Source of the DNA: Eukaryota sp. GEM-RC1
Taxonomy: Eukaryota
Assembly (NCBI GenBank): GCA_040285855.1
Contig: JAUFOQ010000010.1
Location: forward strand, 434,001-498,000
Length of the DNA: 64,000 nt
Direction: 5' to 3'
This document shows positions 37,400 through 50,559 of the stretch, in pieces. Every line of letters starts with the position of its first letter. Position 1 is the stretch's first letter. The position numbers and the translations under genes are program-made. Below the pieces are notes generated by a model. It did no database searches, had not been told where the DNA came from, and saw nothing but the letters and a program-made list of their open reading frames with translations.

Positions 37400-39595
37400 A
37401 TGATGGAACATATCACTGAAACAACAACTTCTCCCTACCAACAAGGTTGTCCTCCTCGATCTCCCTGTAATTCAAAAATTGACCGAGAACCCGCCGTTTC
37501 TACTCTACGTCCAGGTCATGAAGAATATGAACTTCCCTCTGAAGCCCCCTTCACTGCCAAACTTGTCAATGTCGCATATAATGCAACGGAAGATGACATT
37601 CAGCGTGTTTTCTCCTCGCTTCCCATTAAAGTAGTCCAATCTCCCTTTAATATGCCGGGTATCTTCTTTGTCGAGTTTCTTGATGTACAAGGACTCAAGC
37701 AATGTTTAGATCAGTACTGGATGTTTGACATCAACGGTAGCCCTATCCGTACCTATGTAGCCTCTGCTCCTCAGTCTTCTGTTGAACCATTGAATACTAG
37801 TACCTTCTCTGATAAACCTAATGCTGAACCTAAACCACTTGAACTTCTCCCTCTTACATCCTCATTACATTCTCGTTCTAGGTACATACAATTCCAGCAA
37901 TCTTTGGTAGTACTAATCCACCTTCGCTTGTTAAGATTTCTCTGTAAGTCTTCTCTTGACGTTCGTACTAGTCATTATCTTTTTCGTTCAAGGAAAATTA
38001 TACCTACGTTCTTGAAGAAAGTTGGCTATGTAAGTCATCATTTCTTTGAATCTGCTCTTCTAGCAACCAAGGTGTTTTTCCAAACAAACACGTTTTCTGT
38101 TGTTCCTAAAGAGCTTCCTCAACTCTGTTCATTTGCTTCTTTCTTTGGAGCAGAGGTACAGTCTGTTTTCTTGTATGCTGACGGGACGTCTATTGTTGAA
38201 GAATTTCTCAATTATTCAAATGTAATTTCAGGGCTAGAATTGAAATTAGAGAATCACAGTGACTTGGAATTTCTTAGCAAGTCTTCCTTGTTCTTTCCAC
38301 GTCTTAAGCAGCTTCATGTTGGTGTACCTTCTTCTATTTCTATGGCATTTATTGAATTATTGAAAGTCAATAATACAGTGACACGTGTTAATCTTTGGGA
38401 TAGTGCTATTGGAGATGAAGGTGTTGAAGCGTTGGCAGAAGTTCTGAAAGTCAATAGTACAATCTCTGATATCTTTTTGTGGAACAACTCTATTGGAGAT
38501 GAAGGTGTTAGAGCATTGACAGATGCGTTAAAGATTAATAACACAGTGACAAGTATAGATCTGGGATACAATTCCATTGGAAATGAAGAAGCTAAAGCAT
38601 TGGCAGATGCTTTAAAAGTTAATACTACAGTTACAAGAGTTGTTCTGGATTTCAACTCTGTTGGAGCTGAAGGAGCTAGAGCTTTGGCAGATGCGTTGAT
38701 AGTTAATGGTACAATTACAAATGTTGATCTGCAAAATAACTCTATTGGAGCTGAAGGAGCTAGAGCTTTGGCAGACGCGTTAAAAGTTAATAATACAATT
38801 ACAAGCGTTTATCTGCAGAATAACTCTATTGGAACTGAAGGAGCTAGAGCTTTGGCAGATGCGTTGATAGTTAATACTACAATTACAAATGTTGATCTGC
38901 AGAATAACTCTATTGGAGCTGAAGGAGCTAGAGCTTTGGCAGATGCGTTGATAGTTAATGGTACAGTAACAAATATTGATCTGAGGAGCAACTCTATTGG
39001 AGATGAAGGAGCTAGATCTTTTGGGGAGGCATTGAAAGTAAATGCTACATTGACAAGTATTAATCTGGAATATAACTCCATCGGAATTGAATGAGCTAGT
39101 GCTTTGGGAGACGCGTTAAAAGTTAATGGTACACTGTCAAGTATTAATCTAGGTGGAAATAGCATCGGAATTGAAGGAGCTAGTGCTTTTGCAGAGGCGT
39201 TGAAAGTTAACTCTACAGTTGGAAGTATTGATATGTGGAACAACTTTATTGGAGATGAAGGTACTACGGCTTTTGCAGAAGCTTTAAAAGTTAACTCGAC
39301 AGTTGGAAGTATTGATCTAGGTAGAAACTCAATTGGAGATGAAGGTTCTACGACTTTAGCAGAAGCTTTGAAAGTTAACTCTACAGTTGGAAGTATTGAT
39401 CTGTGGGACAACTCTATTGGACATGAAGGTGCTTGTGCTTTGGCAGAGGCGTTAAAGGTTAATACCACAGTTGCAAGAATTGATCTGGGTAAAAACTCAA
39501 TTGGAGATGCAGGTGCTAGAGCTTTGGCGGATGCACTACAAGTTAATGTTACTGTTAAAATAGAAGGAGTAGATCAACTTGATTTTTATACATAA
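37400..39595 (+). CDS. RRM (eIF4B/eIF4H-like) plus family-2 domain plus about 15 LRRs, with an in-frame TGA at 39092-39094
   Basis: ATG 37400. RRM LPSEAPFTAKLVNVAYNATEDDI..FFVEFLD..GSPIRTYVA, then the family-2 block. The ORFs 37397-39094 and 39104-39595 are in the same frame, and TGA replaces the Gly (GGA) of the EGA motif. Confidence 0.78.
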
Positions 39596-39765
39596 TTGGA
39601 TTTTATTAAAATGATTTAGCCTCTTCCGCAAAACATTGACCCGAAAAAAGTGGCGATTTTTTCACCCACCATCATTATTAGTCGCCGATTTTTTACGGTT
39701 TCTTTGTTGTATGTACACTGTACTGTCATTAAAAGTACCGCAGTTGGTGTATTTAGTGTGGATAC

Positions 39766-40300
39766 GGAATTAGTGTGGTCCACACTAATTCTAATTTTCT
39801 TGCTTTATATAGTGTGAATTTTGGACTTAATTAGTGTGGATTTTATTACTCTATCAATAATATGTGAAAGTCGGACCAAATCTATACGAAAGCACCAGGA
39901 GTAAACCAATAAAGGCATATATCTTTTTCCACACATGCTCGCAAGGCCATGATTTTATGTGGATTGAACTGGTCGTTGGGAAATTGAACAGTTGAAATCA
40001 GAGCTTCAAGATAGTATCAGAAAGTATCCTGATCAATTTAACAACGCAGTTAACGATTTGTTGTAATAATGAAATAGAAATCCACATTGGTAGTAAATTA
40101 AACACATTATTGAAGGAACTTCTATAGTTTTGTAATGTTCCAAGAATGTACACAACACCAACTACAATTATAATAACAACTTTTGAAAAAATGGTTCAAT
40201 CCACAGTATTTTTATTAAATTATAATTAGCGTGGATTATAATTCTCAATTTCTACGATCTGACGAATGTAATGAAAATTAGTGTGATCCACACTAATTCC
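39766..40300. mobile_element. Candidate MITE with self-palindromic TIRs
   Basis: GGAATTAGTGTGGTCCACACTAATTCT at the left end versus reverse complement GGAATTAGTGTGGATCACACTAATTTT at the right end (24/27), with extra TAGTGTG motifs. No clear TSD. Confidence 0.55.
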
Positions 40301-41282
40301 ACTTTAACTACCATATGCTGGATATAGATGTAGTAGAGCCTTCATGTGGCTCTTTTAAAGATCTTATTGTTCTTCAGCAACTACAAGCTAACGCTCACTG
40401 TCTGTTATAGATGCTTTACAGCAACTAATTGTTTTTTATTCTATGATGCGCAATAATTGTCAAACAATAAGATCATAATAATACAGTCTTAATTGTATAC
40501 TAGTTTCTTGGTGTATTATAGCACATAAATTTGCCAGTTACATCTGTAACAAATAATGTTTGTTCAATAATTCTCGCCAATCAAAGCGTTGTAAAATCTC
40601 AGCGCCAATGTTATCTAAAAATTCAAGTTGCAACTATGATCGTATTTTGGAAACAGTAAAAGTAGTTTAACGTGTAAACGATCCACATTAGTATATGTTG
40701 TGACACAGACGGAACTAAGTGTGTACTATTTTTGTTTAATTCTAGCGGAACTACAAATAATCCAAAATACTCTTCATTTAGAAGAAAGTGCTACCAGTGT
40801 GAGCAATATGTTAATGTTTATGAATCAAAACAAATCTCAGTGAAGAAGATCCATCAGCTTAGATACACAAATCCACAAAAAAAAGAACTTTGTTTGAAAC
40901 GTATCAACAATCGTCACAGATCAATACAAAATAAGAAAGGGGCAAACGAAGAGCCTTCTTTGACTCCACGTTGAGAACCTAGTTTAACAGAGTATAAGTT
41001 GACCACAGTTCTCACCACACATTAAACAAAAGTAAGGCACCAACGCAAAAAACTCTAATTTCGGTGAATAAAAAACATCTAGAGTTGAAAATAGAACTAA
41101 AGGATTCATAAAACACGTATTTAACAGAGTATTGGAGAGAGACGTATTTGACAGCACATGATCACATAGAGTAGCAGATCTTGTGCCAGCAGGGATACAA
41201 GTTGGTGATTTCTTATGACATACTAACCAAACACAATACACGAAAATTCACATTATGAAAACAAATCCTTGTCAAAACCAAC

Positions 41283-42564
41283 ATGTACTATCCCGAACCT
41301 CCAATGAAGACTGGTCGTTCATTAGATAATAATGTTACAGATATTGGAGTTGTACAGTGTTCGTCATCACCTTCTAGTATCTCCTCGTCGTTTCCTACTT
41401 CTAATGCGTCATCCTCTGGGCCCCATGCCTTCCTATCTCCTTCTACTCACTTACATTTCCAAAAATCACTTCTCTCTTTGGTACATCTCCATTTTCTGAG
41501 TCATTTCCTTGAGCACTCTCTTGAATGGAATCGTCGTGATCTCCTTAGTTTGAAGGTTGAATTGCCTACATTCTTTAAGAAAGTAGGCTATGTAAGCTCA
41601 TCATTTCTTTGAATCTGCTCTTCTAGCAGTTCACGTGTTTTTTCAAACAAACACGTTGCATTTAATACCTGAAGATCTTCCTCAACTATGTTCATTTGCT
41701 TCCCACTTTGGAACAAGTGTGCAATCTGTTTTCTTACACGTAAAGGGGACCTTTAATGTTGAAGAATTTGTCAATTATTCTAACATAATTTCAGGATTAG
41801 AATTGAAGTTAGAATCACAAAATGACTTGGAGTTTTCGACCAATTCTTACTTGTTCTTTCCACGTCTTAAGCAACTTCATGTTGGAGTTGATGCTTGTAT
41901 GTTTTCATCACTGATCGAATTATTAAAATCTAATATTTCAATCACGAAAATTGATCTAAAATGGAGATCAATGGGAGCTGAAGGAGCTAGAGCACTTTCA
42001 AAGGTGTTAAGTGTTAACACTACAGTTAAAGAAATCCGTATGCGGGGCTGTGCTATTGGAGCTGAAGGTGCCAGAGCTTTGGCAAATAAGTTAAAAATTA
42101 ATACTACAGTCACAAGTATTAATCTGTGCGACAACTCTATCGGAGGTGGAGGTGCCAGTGCTTTGGCAAATATGTTAAAAATTAATAACACAGTCACTAG
42201 TATTAATCTGAGGTACAATTCTATTGGAGATGTTGGTGCTATAGCGTTGGCAGTAGCATTGCAAGTTAATTTTACAGTTACAGAAATTGATATGGGGAAC
42301 AATTCTATAGGAAATGATGGTGCTATAGCATTGGCAGAGGCATTGAAAGTTAACACTACAGTGAAAAGTGTTTATCTGTGGGACAATTTTATTGGAAATG
42401 ATGGTGCTAGAGCCTTGGCAAATGCGTTAACTATTAATACGTCTGTTACAAGTATTATTCTGTGGGGAAACTCCTTTGGAAATGAAGGTGCTAGACCATT
42501 GGTGGATACGTTGAAAGTGAATAGTAAAGTTCAAATCCGTGGAGTGACTCTTCTTGAATTTTAG
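41283..42564 (+). pseudogene. LRR family-2 gene with a 1-bp insertion frameshift
   Basis: Starts MYYPEPP like the paralogue at 56494. gtaagctcatcat versus the family gtaag(c/t)catcat at about 41597 shifts the frame. The downstream frame is intact with about 8 LRRs. Confidence 0.78.
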
Positions 42565-42936
42565 AACTTTAAACATACCAATATTTGGATCCACTAAAAG
42601 TTTCTTAGTACTAAAGTGGAAGAAAAACTGGAAGAACCGTTACTTCAAGTAGATTCTGAACACGTTTTATCCACAAATCTATGCTGTGTAAACACAACGT
42701 GTCGAAAAATATACTACCAATACTTATGATATATTTATATGTTCTACATCTTGAATTAAAGTTACAGGCTTATGATCAGTCAGTGAAATAAATGCATTTG
42801 CAGAAGTTAATAACTAACAGACACTAACTAAAGTATCTAAACTATGATCCTTCTGTCCATCACCGAACAACTTACCTAAAATTGAATTAAAATATCTGTG
42901 CATTGAACGAAACAACGCAAACGTTAACCTACTCAA

Positions 42937-43140
42937 TCAAAAATTTTGATTGAAAACTTTACCGTAATCAGAACACAATTTACCAAAGGAAGTTAAAAAA
43001 CCTTGTGCAGCTGGTCCAATATTACCGTTTATCGACATAGCAAACGGTTGAAACACAAAAGAATTATACCTGTCCACATTCAATTGGTTAATTAAGTGAC
43101 AGTACTTTGTATTTTTTAAAATGAATGGTTGTTGTTTTGC
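42937..43140 (-). mobile_element. Fragment of RLE-type non-LTR retrotransposon
   Basis: KNTKY..FVFQPFAMSINGNIGPAAQGFLTSFGKLCSDYGKVFN, homologous to the 27590 and 36465 fragments. Confidence 0.6.
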
Positions 43141-43334
43141 AAGTAATTCAGCACATCTATTCAAAAGTGGTCAAATATTTCAAAATGATTGAAAACAGGA
43201 AGAAAACAGGATGTTGTCATAATGCGCAAACGGTTGTTCAACTTACTAACCTTAATCTAACGCAGTTACAATGGTACTAGTAAAACGATGGTTTGATTCT
43301 CAGATATTCAATTGAAGTAACTGTTATATTAAAC

Positions 43335-44678
43335 CTAATATTTAATTTTTTCTCTCTTATTAACTTTCAACGCCTCCAACAAAGCTACGACAGATTCGTC
43401 TTCAATACTGTTTTTAATTAGACAAATCGTTTTCACTGAAGAATTGATTTGAAACGCCTCTATCAACGCTTTAGCACCTCCATCTCCTATATAGTTGTAG
43501 CTTAGATCAATACTGATTAATGATGTATTGACTCTTAGCATATCGGACAGAGCCAACGCACCTTCATTACTTATACCGATTCCACTTAGGACTACATGTG
43601 TCACTGTGGCATTTACTTTGAAAGCATTGGCCAATGCTAAAATTCCTTCGTCTTCAATAGAGTTTAAACTTAGATCAATCCGTTTCAGTGTTGTATTCTG
43701 CTTCAACATATCTACCAAAGCAATCGCACCACCAACATCAATATAATTTTCGGCTAAATTAATATAAGTAATTCCTTCATTGCGTATCAACGAGTATGCC
43801 AAGTAAGCAGCTCCTTTTGAGCTAATAGAGTTTTCTTCCAGGAAAATGCTCGTTATTGATGTATTGACTTCTAACGCTGAAGCCAAGAACATTGCACCAT
43901 CGTGTCCGATATAATTTCCACTGATGTCAACATAGACTAAAGTGGTATTGACTGCAATCATATCTGCTAAAGGTGCAGCTAGTTCAGCGTCTATCCAAGA
44001 ACCGAATAAATCAATGCTAGTTACTGAAACATTGGCTTTCAACACTTCGAACAATGGTATACAATCACCAGAAAATTCACTAGCAGGAACTTGATTAAGA
44101 TGAGGAAAATAGTTGCGACAAGTGTTTAAAAATTCCAAGTCACTGTCATTATTCAACACAACACTTAAACCTAAAATGATGTGAGAATAGCAAACAAATT
44201 CTTGTTGAATGTTCAAAATGTCACGAACCCACAAAAAAACAGATTGCACCTCCGCTCTGAGGAAAAATGCAAACGAACACAGTTGACGAAGTTCTTTAGA
44301 ATCGACTGTAAACGTGTTTGTGCGGAAAAAATATTGAACTGACACATTTGCAGATTCAAAGAAACAATGGCTAACATAGCCAACTCGTGTATAGAATTCA
44401 AGTAAACGTTTCTTCAACTTAAGAACCGAAGGACGACGCCAAAGCTCACGAAAATGAACTTCAACAAAAGACGATAAGAGGCGTCTGAGTAAGTGAATGT
44501 GTATCAATATCAATAGGGACTGTTGAAGTCTTATGTTCTTAACATGTAGATCGATGGAGGTGGTCCATTCGGAAGGAGAGAAGATACCAGAACATGAAAA
44601 AACGGTACGCGCCTCACTGTCTGATATTAATTGAACATCATCTACTGAGCGACTACTCTTCAATGGAGGATGTGACAT
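43335..44678 (-). CDS. LRR family-2 protein (diverged member)
   Basis: Open frame. First ATG at 44678 (MSHPPLKSS), family block RLQQSLLILIHIHLLRRL..RVGYVSHCFFES, about 8 LRRs. Confidence 0.82.
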   Translation of the reverse strand: MSHPPLKSSRSVDDVQLISDSEARTVFSCSGIFSPSEWTTSIDLHVKNIRLQQSLLILIHIHLLRRLLSSFVEVHFRELWRRPSVLKLKKRLLEFYTRVGYVSHCFFESANVSVQYFFRTNTFTVDSKELRQLCSFAFFLRAEVQSVFLWVRDILNIQQEFVCYSHIILGLSVVLNNDSDLEFLNTCRNYFPHLNQVPASEFSGDCIPLFEVLKANVSVTSIDLFGSWIDAELAAPLADMIAVNTTLVYVDISGNYIGHDGAMFLASALEVNTSITSIFLEENSISSKGAAYLAYSLIRNEGITYINLAENYIDVGGAIALVDMLKQNTTLKRIDLSLNSIEDEGILALANAFKVNATVTHVVLSGIGISNEGALALSDMLRVNTSLISIDLSYNYIGDGGAKALIEAFQINSSVKTICLIKNSIEDESVVALLEALKVNKREKIKY

Positions 44679-46708
44679 GTAAGGTGGATCACTTAGTAAG
44701 TCTAGAGTTCGCAACAAAATATAGTGGTTAATAGATGTCCTTCAGATGAAGGTTCCTTCAGAGTATGTTTCACTTTACACATGACAGTAATACCTAAAAG
44801 TGCAAAGGGGAAGGTAAAGGGTGTTTATAAATCAAATTATACGTATTAGTAACACTTCACTAAAACATGTGGTTAACAACAGCCGTTTTGTTGACTGTTT
44901 CAGGATATCACGTTGTACTTGTATACATAGTTCAGATCTACATATACACATAATATACTGTATATACAGAGAATCTGTATATACAGTCACTGTATTACAG
45001 TATATATTGAAATCCCCAAGATGTTGGTTAACCGTGTATATTTGTATATGAGTTCATTTACATGTTATACAAAGGTTTATAATCTTGTCAGAGTCTACTG
45101 AATGACCAGACTGCATTAGTCCATTGTCAAGGACAAAGATTCAGGTCATTAAGCAAGTAAGTAATGACCAATTGAAATGGGCTAGGCTAAATTTCCCCAG
45201 AACTCAACAAAATTTCTTCATATGATATTGAAAAACATATTAAGTTTAATATTTTAAAAATTTGGTTCTCCGCAAAAATCACACATCTTTTTAGATCTAC
45301 AGCTCCTTCAATCGCTCTGAATTTTTCTAGATCTTTTAAGTCGTGAAATCCGTGATAATTTCCTGACAAGATATCCAAGGACCAATCAAATCACCACGAC
45401 TTCTATCAACTTTTGGCTGATCAGAAAGATTAGCAAGTAAAGGTTCAATTTTTCCATGAAATCCATTAGCCTTAAACATATCGAAACATGTATCCCGGAT
45501 ACTGTTGTGAATAATTGATCGAAAATGAATAAATTGATGACAGTTAACTAAATGATGAAAACAGTGATCTTGAATTATGTTACAATTTGTCCATTGTTTC
45601 TTAATTTTAAGTTAAAAGCATATTTTCGCTTCATCTGAATTACAGTATCTGTATCTTTATGTTGCACGTCATCTTCTAATAGTCTCGCAAGTTCTTGAAG
45701 TCTGTCGACAATGATTATGAACTTCTTTGGGATTACGTTAGTAACTATAGAACCACATGGTAGTAGCATTTCAATATCAGCAAACACTGAGTTAAAATCT
45801 AGTCAATGACCACACACCTCTTGTACAATTCAAACAAACACTAGAGTACAGCAATCAGTTGACTTAGTCTGGATCAAACCAATTGTTGACTTAATACAAT
45901 AGTGTGTAACTTGTTTAGTCTACATCATCCTAATTATTCGTCTACAAACTAAGTTGAGACTGATTCCTCTGACAGGCTTACTAACAGGATTAGTTTCATA
46001 ACAACAAGGATGAATTTTGTAAATCTTGATCACTCTTCTGAATGACAAAACATGTCAAATGAAGATGAATTCCATAAATTGAGATTATTGGTTTGATTAT
46101 TTGATTTGATGTCAAGTTCATTGTATTATATATTCTTTAAGGATCAAAGTCATAGCTCCAAGATCAAACAGTGTCTCTCTGATTACACGTGGCATCTTTT
46201 TAATATTTCAGGTCTGCAATGAAGATTCAATGTATTATGTATTATTTAATGTAATGGTGTTGATGAAAAGTATGATAGATTTGCTATTGTTATGACACAT
46301 TTAGAACGCTTTTTGTTAGTTGTAGTAAAGGGCATTGATCCTAAAAAGCAATCGATTGATGTAGTCAAACAGACAACAGTTGTCATCAAACCTTACGATC
46401 TCTATAACAGGTCATTGCCATTGTTTTACCTCGTGGGAATCAATTGAGCTACAGACTGCCATTTTAATCATCATCTGTAATCATTATTATACATTTGATA
46501 CAAGTCATATCATGTCAAACAAAACAGTGCAACTGATTCGCAATCTAGATGTATTTTATTTTTGTAACCATCACCATGATGAGTGACTTACTTACTTTAC
46601 TTACGCCAAGAATTGCTGATAAACTCATTTGAATACTGTAACATCCGGTATGTAAGCAAGACATAGATTTTACACACAAAATTTATAGACACAATATCGA
46701 ATAGAACA

Positions 46709-47395
46709 TTAATTCTTCTTCTTCAAAAAGCGAGTACCAATGGATAGCATCTTAGGAAGGGACGAAGCCTTTACAGAAGATTCAGGTTCAACAGGTTCAA
46801 TTGAATCACAGAGCTTGTTTTCATCAAAATATTTGGAATCTTCATCCAACTTCTTGTGTCCAGTGAGGATAGCAGGATCTTCTTCAGTACCATCATCTAT
46901 TTCAATGACAAAACCATCAGCAACACACCACTGCAGATCGGCCGACTCTCCTTCAAAGGTAACGGTGGCTTTGTAGATGTCACATTTGACATCATTCACA
47001 GTCTTGGAGCCGTCTTTCTCAGCATCTTCAGGAGGTAAGAACACTGTAAGGAACATGTCTGTCACCCCCATGAGGAACTCCGATTCACCAGACACACAAT
47101 CATCTTCATCTGCTCCCTTTGCGAAGAACATATCGTCGTTCAGCTTGACAATAGATTCAACGCCGTCTTCGAGAAAGTACATGATACGTGCGTCATAGTC
47201 AATAGCGGTTTTTTCAAAGAAATCTTCTGATGAGAAGACCACGCGTCGGTGAACAGTGTCCTGGAGGAATACAAACACGACCACGACAACGGCGATTGCG
47301 ATCACCACTAATACAGCTCCGATAATGGCAAACAGCTTCTTGTTGCTCTTTGATTGATACTGAGGTTGTTGGCTTTGGTTCTGAGGTGGATGCAT
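46709..47395 (-). CDS. Single-pass type II membrane protein with an acidic, Cys-containing ectodomain; function unknown
   Basis: ATG 47395, KK followed by a hydrophobic run of over 20 aa (LFAIIGAVLVVIAIAVVVVVFVFL), higher GC than the flanks, four Cys. Confidence 0.78.
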   Translation of the reverse strand: MHPPQNQSQQPQYQSKSNKKLFAIIGAVLVVIAIAVVVVVFVFLQDTVHRRVVFSSEDFFEKTAIDYDARIMYFLEDGVESIVKLNDDMFFAKGADEDDCVSGESEFLMGVTDMFLTVFLPPEDAEKDGSKTVNDVKCDIYKATVTFEGESADLQWCVADGFVIEIDDGTEEDPAILTGHKKLDEDSKYFDENKLCDSIEPVEPESSVKASSLPKMLSIGTRFLKKKN

Positions 47396-48068
47396 GGTCT
47401 GGAGTAAGAATTGGACAGAAAACAACGATGTACAAGACAGTGAATTGAAAGAATGAAAGTCAAGAAAGACGATTTCTTTGAGAGTCAAGATGACAAAATC
47501 AACGTGTCAGTGAGTGCGTGAACTCCAAGGTGTTAACTCGTGTTTGTTGTTCAACTCACATTACCTAATATAGACACCATATATCTCCTTTTGTCATGTG
47601 AGGCTCCCACCGCCTTTAAACACTATATAAACCTCTAACGATCGACTTCTTCATCATGATCACTAAAATCTAAGACTCAAACTGCTCCGGAAAAGTAGGA
47701 ACTGCTCCAATTGCTCCATCTCAACAATACCCGCCTATGAGTACTACACTTCTACTTCGTCTAGCTCTGATTTGTTAATGGATCAATCATTCTCATTAGG
47801 TAACTCCCAAGTCTTCCATTCAAGCTGGTTTATCTTCTTGAAAGAAGAAGACAAACGAAGATAAGCAACAACTGCCATGGAATAGATGCCGTCTTCATCA
47901 GTCTACATTATGATCATTGATTTATATAAAACGTGCTCAACCTCAGTAACTGTTTAATCAAATTGATATAAACTCCTTGTTCTTTCTGGATTTCGTCCAA
48001 TAGATTTCACTTCCCCACCCTTCGATTTTCGTAAGATCTAAACTCGTTCATGATCGTATGTTGGTGTG

Positions 48069-49559
48069 TATACTTGGGTATCACACTTTTTTGCATTTTG
48101 TGATACCTTTGAATCATACTTGTAAAATACAAGAATCTGTATTTTATGTATTTTTGTATTTTACGTATTATATGTATTTTTGAAAGAGTGTGATTTAAAA
48201 TACAAACTGTATTTTACTGTATTTTTCAATATGCTTGACAAGTGCTTCGTCCGCTCATTTGTGTCCATTTTAATGTTATCAAGTGTTAGTCTTAGATGTA
48301 GTCACCCTTTGCTTCAGATCTTCCAGACCATTTGGTTAAGATTTCGCTGGCATGTATCAAACTCAATCTGTGAAAATGAACAAATTTTGTTCATCAACCT
48401 CTCTATGATGTAGTCTCTTCCTCAATTCATCCTAACAATCCAAGAAGTAACTTCTGGAACATAAGAAAGAGGACGTGGTGCAAAACGCAGATGCTGAAAT
48501 CAGTGAATTAGTGGAGATCAACCTTGAACTTTTGTTGGACATCGTTGTTACCACCTGCAGGAAATAGAAACGAAGACAATCTTATACTACACCGTTATCG
48601 TTGAGTACTCGTTGAAGAAGATTAGCAGACTGATATGTTTGTATTTTACTTTGTATTTTAGTGTATTTTATGTATTTTTGTATTTTATGTATTTTTGTAT
48701 TTTATGTATTTTTGTATTTTTCAAATGAAAACTCCTGTATTTTACAAGTATGCTTTGAATCACACATATCACATCACAACATCACATCACAATGTGATAT
48801 GTTTGATAGATGAGGTAAATCACATCACAAATAGAGATAAAACTGATCTTACTCAATAGAACCATACAGAAACATACTTGAAGTACATTTTCTACTAGAA
48901 ATGAGGTTTTTTTTGTGGATTGTGGATCGAGCCATCTAGCCTTCTAACCATAGATTGTGATTGAGGAACACATTTAAAAGAATCCAGTAGTCGCAAATTT
49001 GACAATGGATTTGAAGGAAACGTCTGTTGTTAATCAAATCAAATTCCGCATCTATACGATCTATTGTTAAATGATCTTCAATGTAGCTGTGGAATCACAA
49101 GAAAAATACAAAACACCATTGATGACTCTTACTTTGGATGTATCTATTTACGGTCATTTGGGACAAAGTGGACTAAATTTTATACATGAAGTCGAAAAAT
49201 CGTAAAAGATGATGAACAACCGAACAACTGCTTTGATCTTATGTTAATATAGTTTATGCTGAATGTAAAACAATTCCTCCAACCGTCGCCGAAGCCCTAC
49301 TATCAGTGAGTTCGTTTTTGGAGTTTATAGCTGTGGTCTTGTGACAAAGAAGACAAAGTGTTAACGTGATCTCTTGCATTCTTTCAAGATTGAGTCAAAT
49401 AAACCGTTCAAAAATACACACACAATAGTAAAAATAGATTGTATTTATTCTTCAATTAGATTATAACACAGTATTTTGCGCCAAAGTACTTTCGATCCCA
49501 AATATCACAACTATCACTCACAGATATTACATCACAAAAAAGTGTGATACTCAAGTATG
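48069..49559. mobile_element. hAT-like non-autonomous element containing a nested MITE
   Basis: 25-bp TIR (T/C)ATACTTG(G/A)GTATCACACTTTTTTG, TSD TTGGTGTG/TTGGTATG (7/8), ATCAC subterminal repeats. Confidence 0.82.
48115..48752. mobile_element. hAT-like MITE, 638 bp, nested in the 48069-49559 element
   Basis: Perfect 17-bp TIR CATACTTGTAAAATACA, perfect 8-bp TSD CTTTGAAT (48107-48114 and 48753-48760), TGTATTTT subterminal repeats as in the 13615 element. Confidence 0.9.
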
Positions 49560-49766
49560 TTGGTATGTGATGTTCATGAGTTTAATACTACACCACATAT
49601 AACTTATCACGTACTGAGTGTTGCTGAAATACAGTTAGTGTAACCGAATCTCCGCTTTCTGAATCTGTAGCCAGTGTATGCTATGTCTGAAAGAACTTAT
49701 GCCTCAAAAAACTGAAGAAACTGATCAGCGATCCAATTTTGTGTATTAATGGAAATCAAATGGTCG

Positions 49767-50353
49767 TAGTGCTGCACCAATGTCAGCCCCAGCTGCCCAG
49801 TTCAGCCTGGCCGGCTGCAGTACAATTGGACTGGGCTTGAGAGTTGTGTAAACTCTATTGTGTAAAAACTCCTAATTACATTTTAGTTATTAACTTCTGC
49901 AAATGCATTAATTTGACTGATCATAAACCCCGTTTTTTTTTCCAAATGACATGAATCAATTTGTTTGTTGTGATGTACCTGAGTGAGTCTTTGAGAGCTT
50001 TATTGAGCTTGAGATCCTGGATGAAAGTGGAGTTTGAACAAGTTTTACAAGAAATGAAGTCTTTAAAACTAGAACTTGATGATGATGCAGAAAGTGAAGT
50101 AGAATAATTTAGTTTATACATTTACATGTACTGTACTTATATTTGGTATTGCAAATAGACATTATGAATAAATTATTTATTCTGATTGCAAATGTAAAGA
50201 ACTTAATAACCATAAGCTAAAAAGTTAGACACTACTATATGTATATCAATGTTTACTTGTTTGGGCTGGAGGCTGGGCTGAGCTGAGCTGGGCTGGCTAG
50301 TGATTTGATTGGGCGGGCTGAAACAAAAAGGGCTTAGCCCAGGTGCAACACTA
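49767..50353. mobile_element. hAT-like MITE, 587 bp
   Basis: TIR TAGTG(C/T)TGCACC (11/12), TSD AATGGTCG/AAGGGTCG (7/8), GC-rich CAGCCC/GGGCTG subterminal repeats. Confidence 0.78.
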
Positions 50354-50559
50354 AAGGGTCGTTATAATATTGGTCTACTTTATAAACGTTTGAACTTTGA
50401 TTGACAACAACACTTCAGTGTACTTCTAACATTGAATATCCTCAAAGCCCAAATTGAAAAAGTAATAATAGTTACTGAAGAAGGCATAAATGTAGCACTG
50501 GAGATTTCGAATCGGAGGTGATTCGGATATCCAGAATCCTTGTTGTCACTAACATGTTG

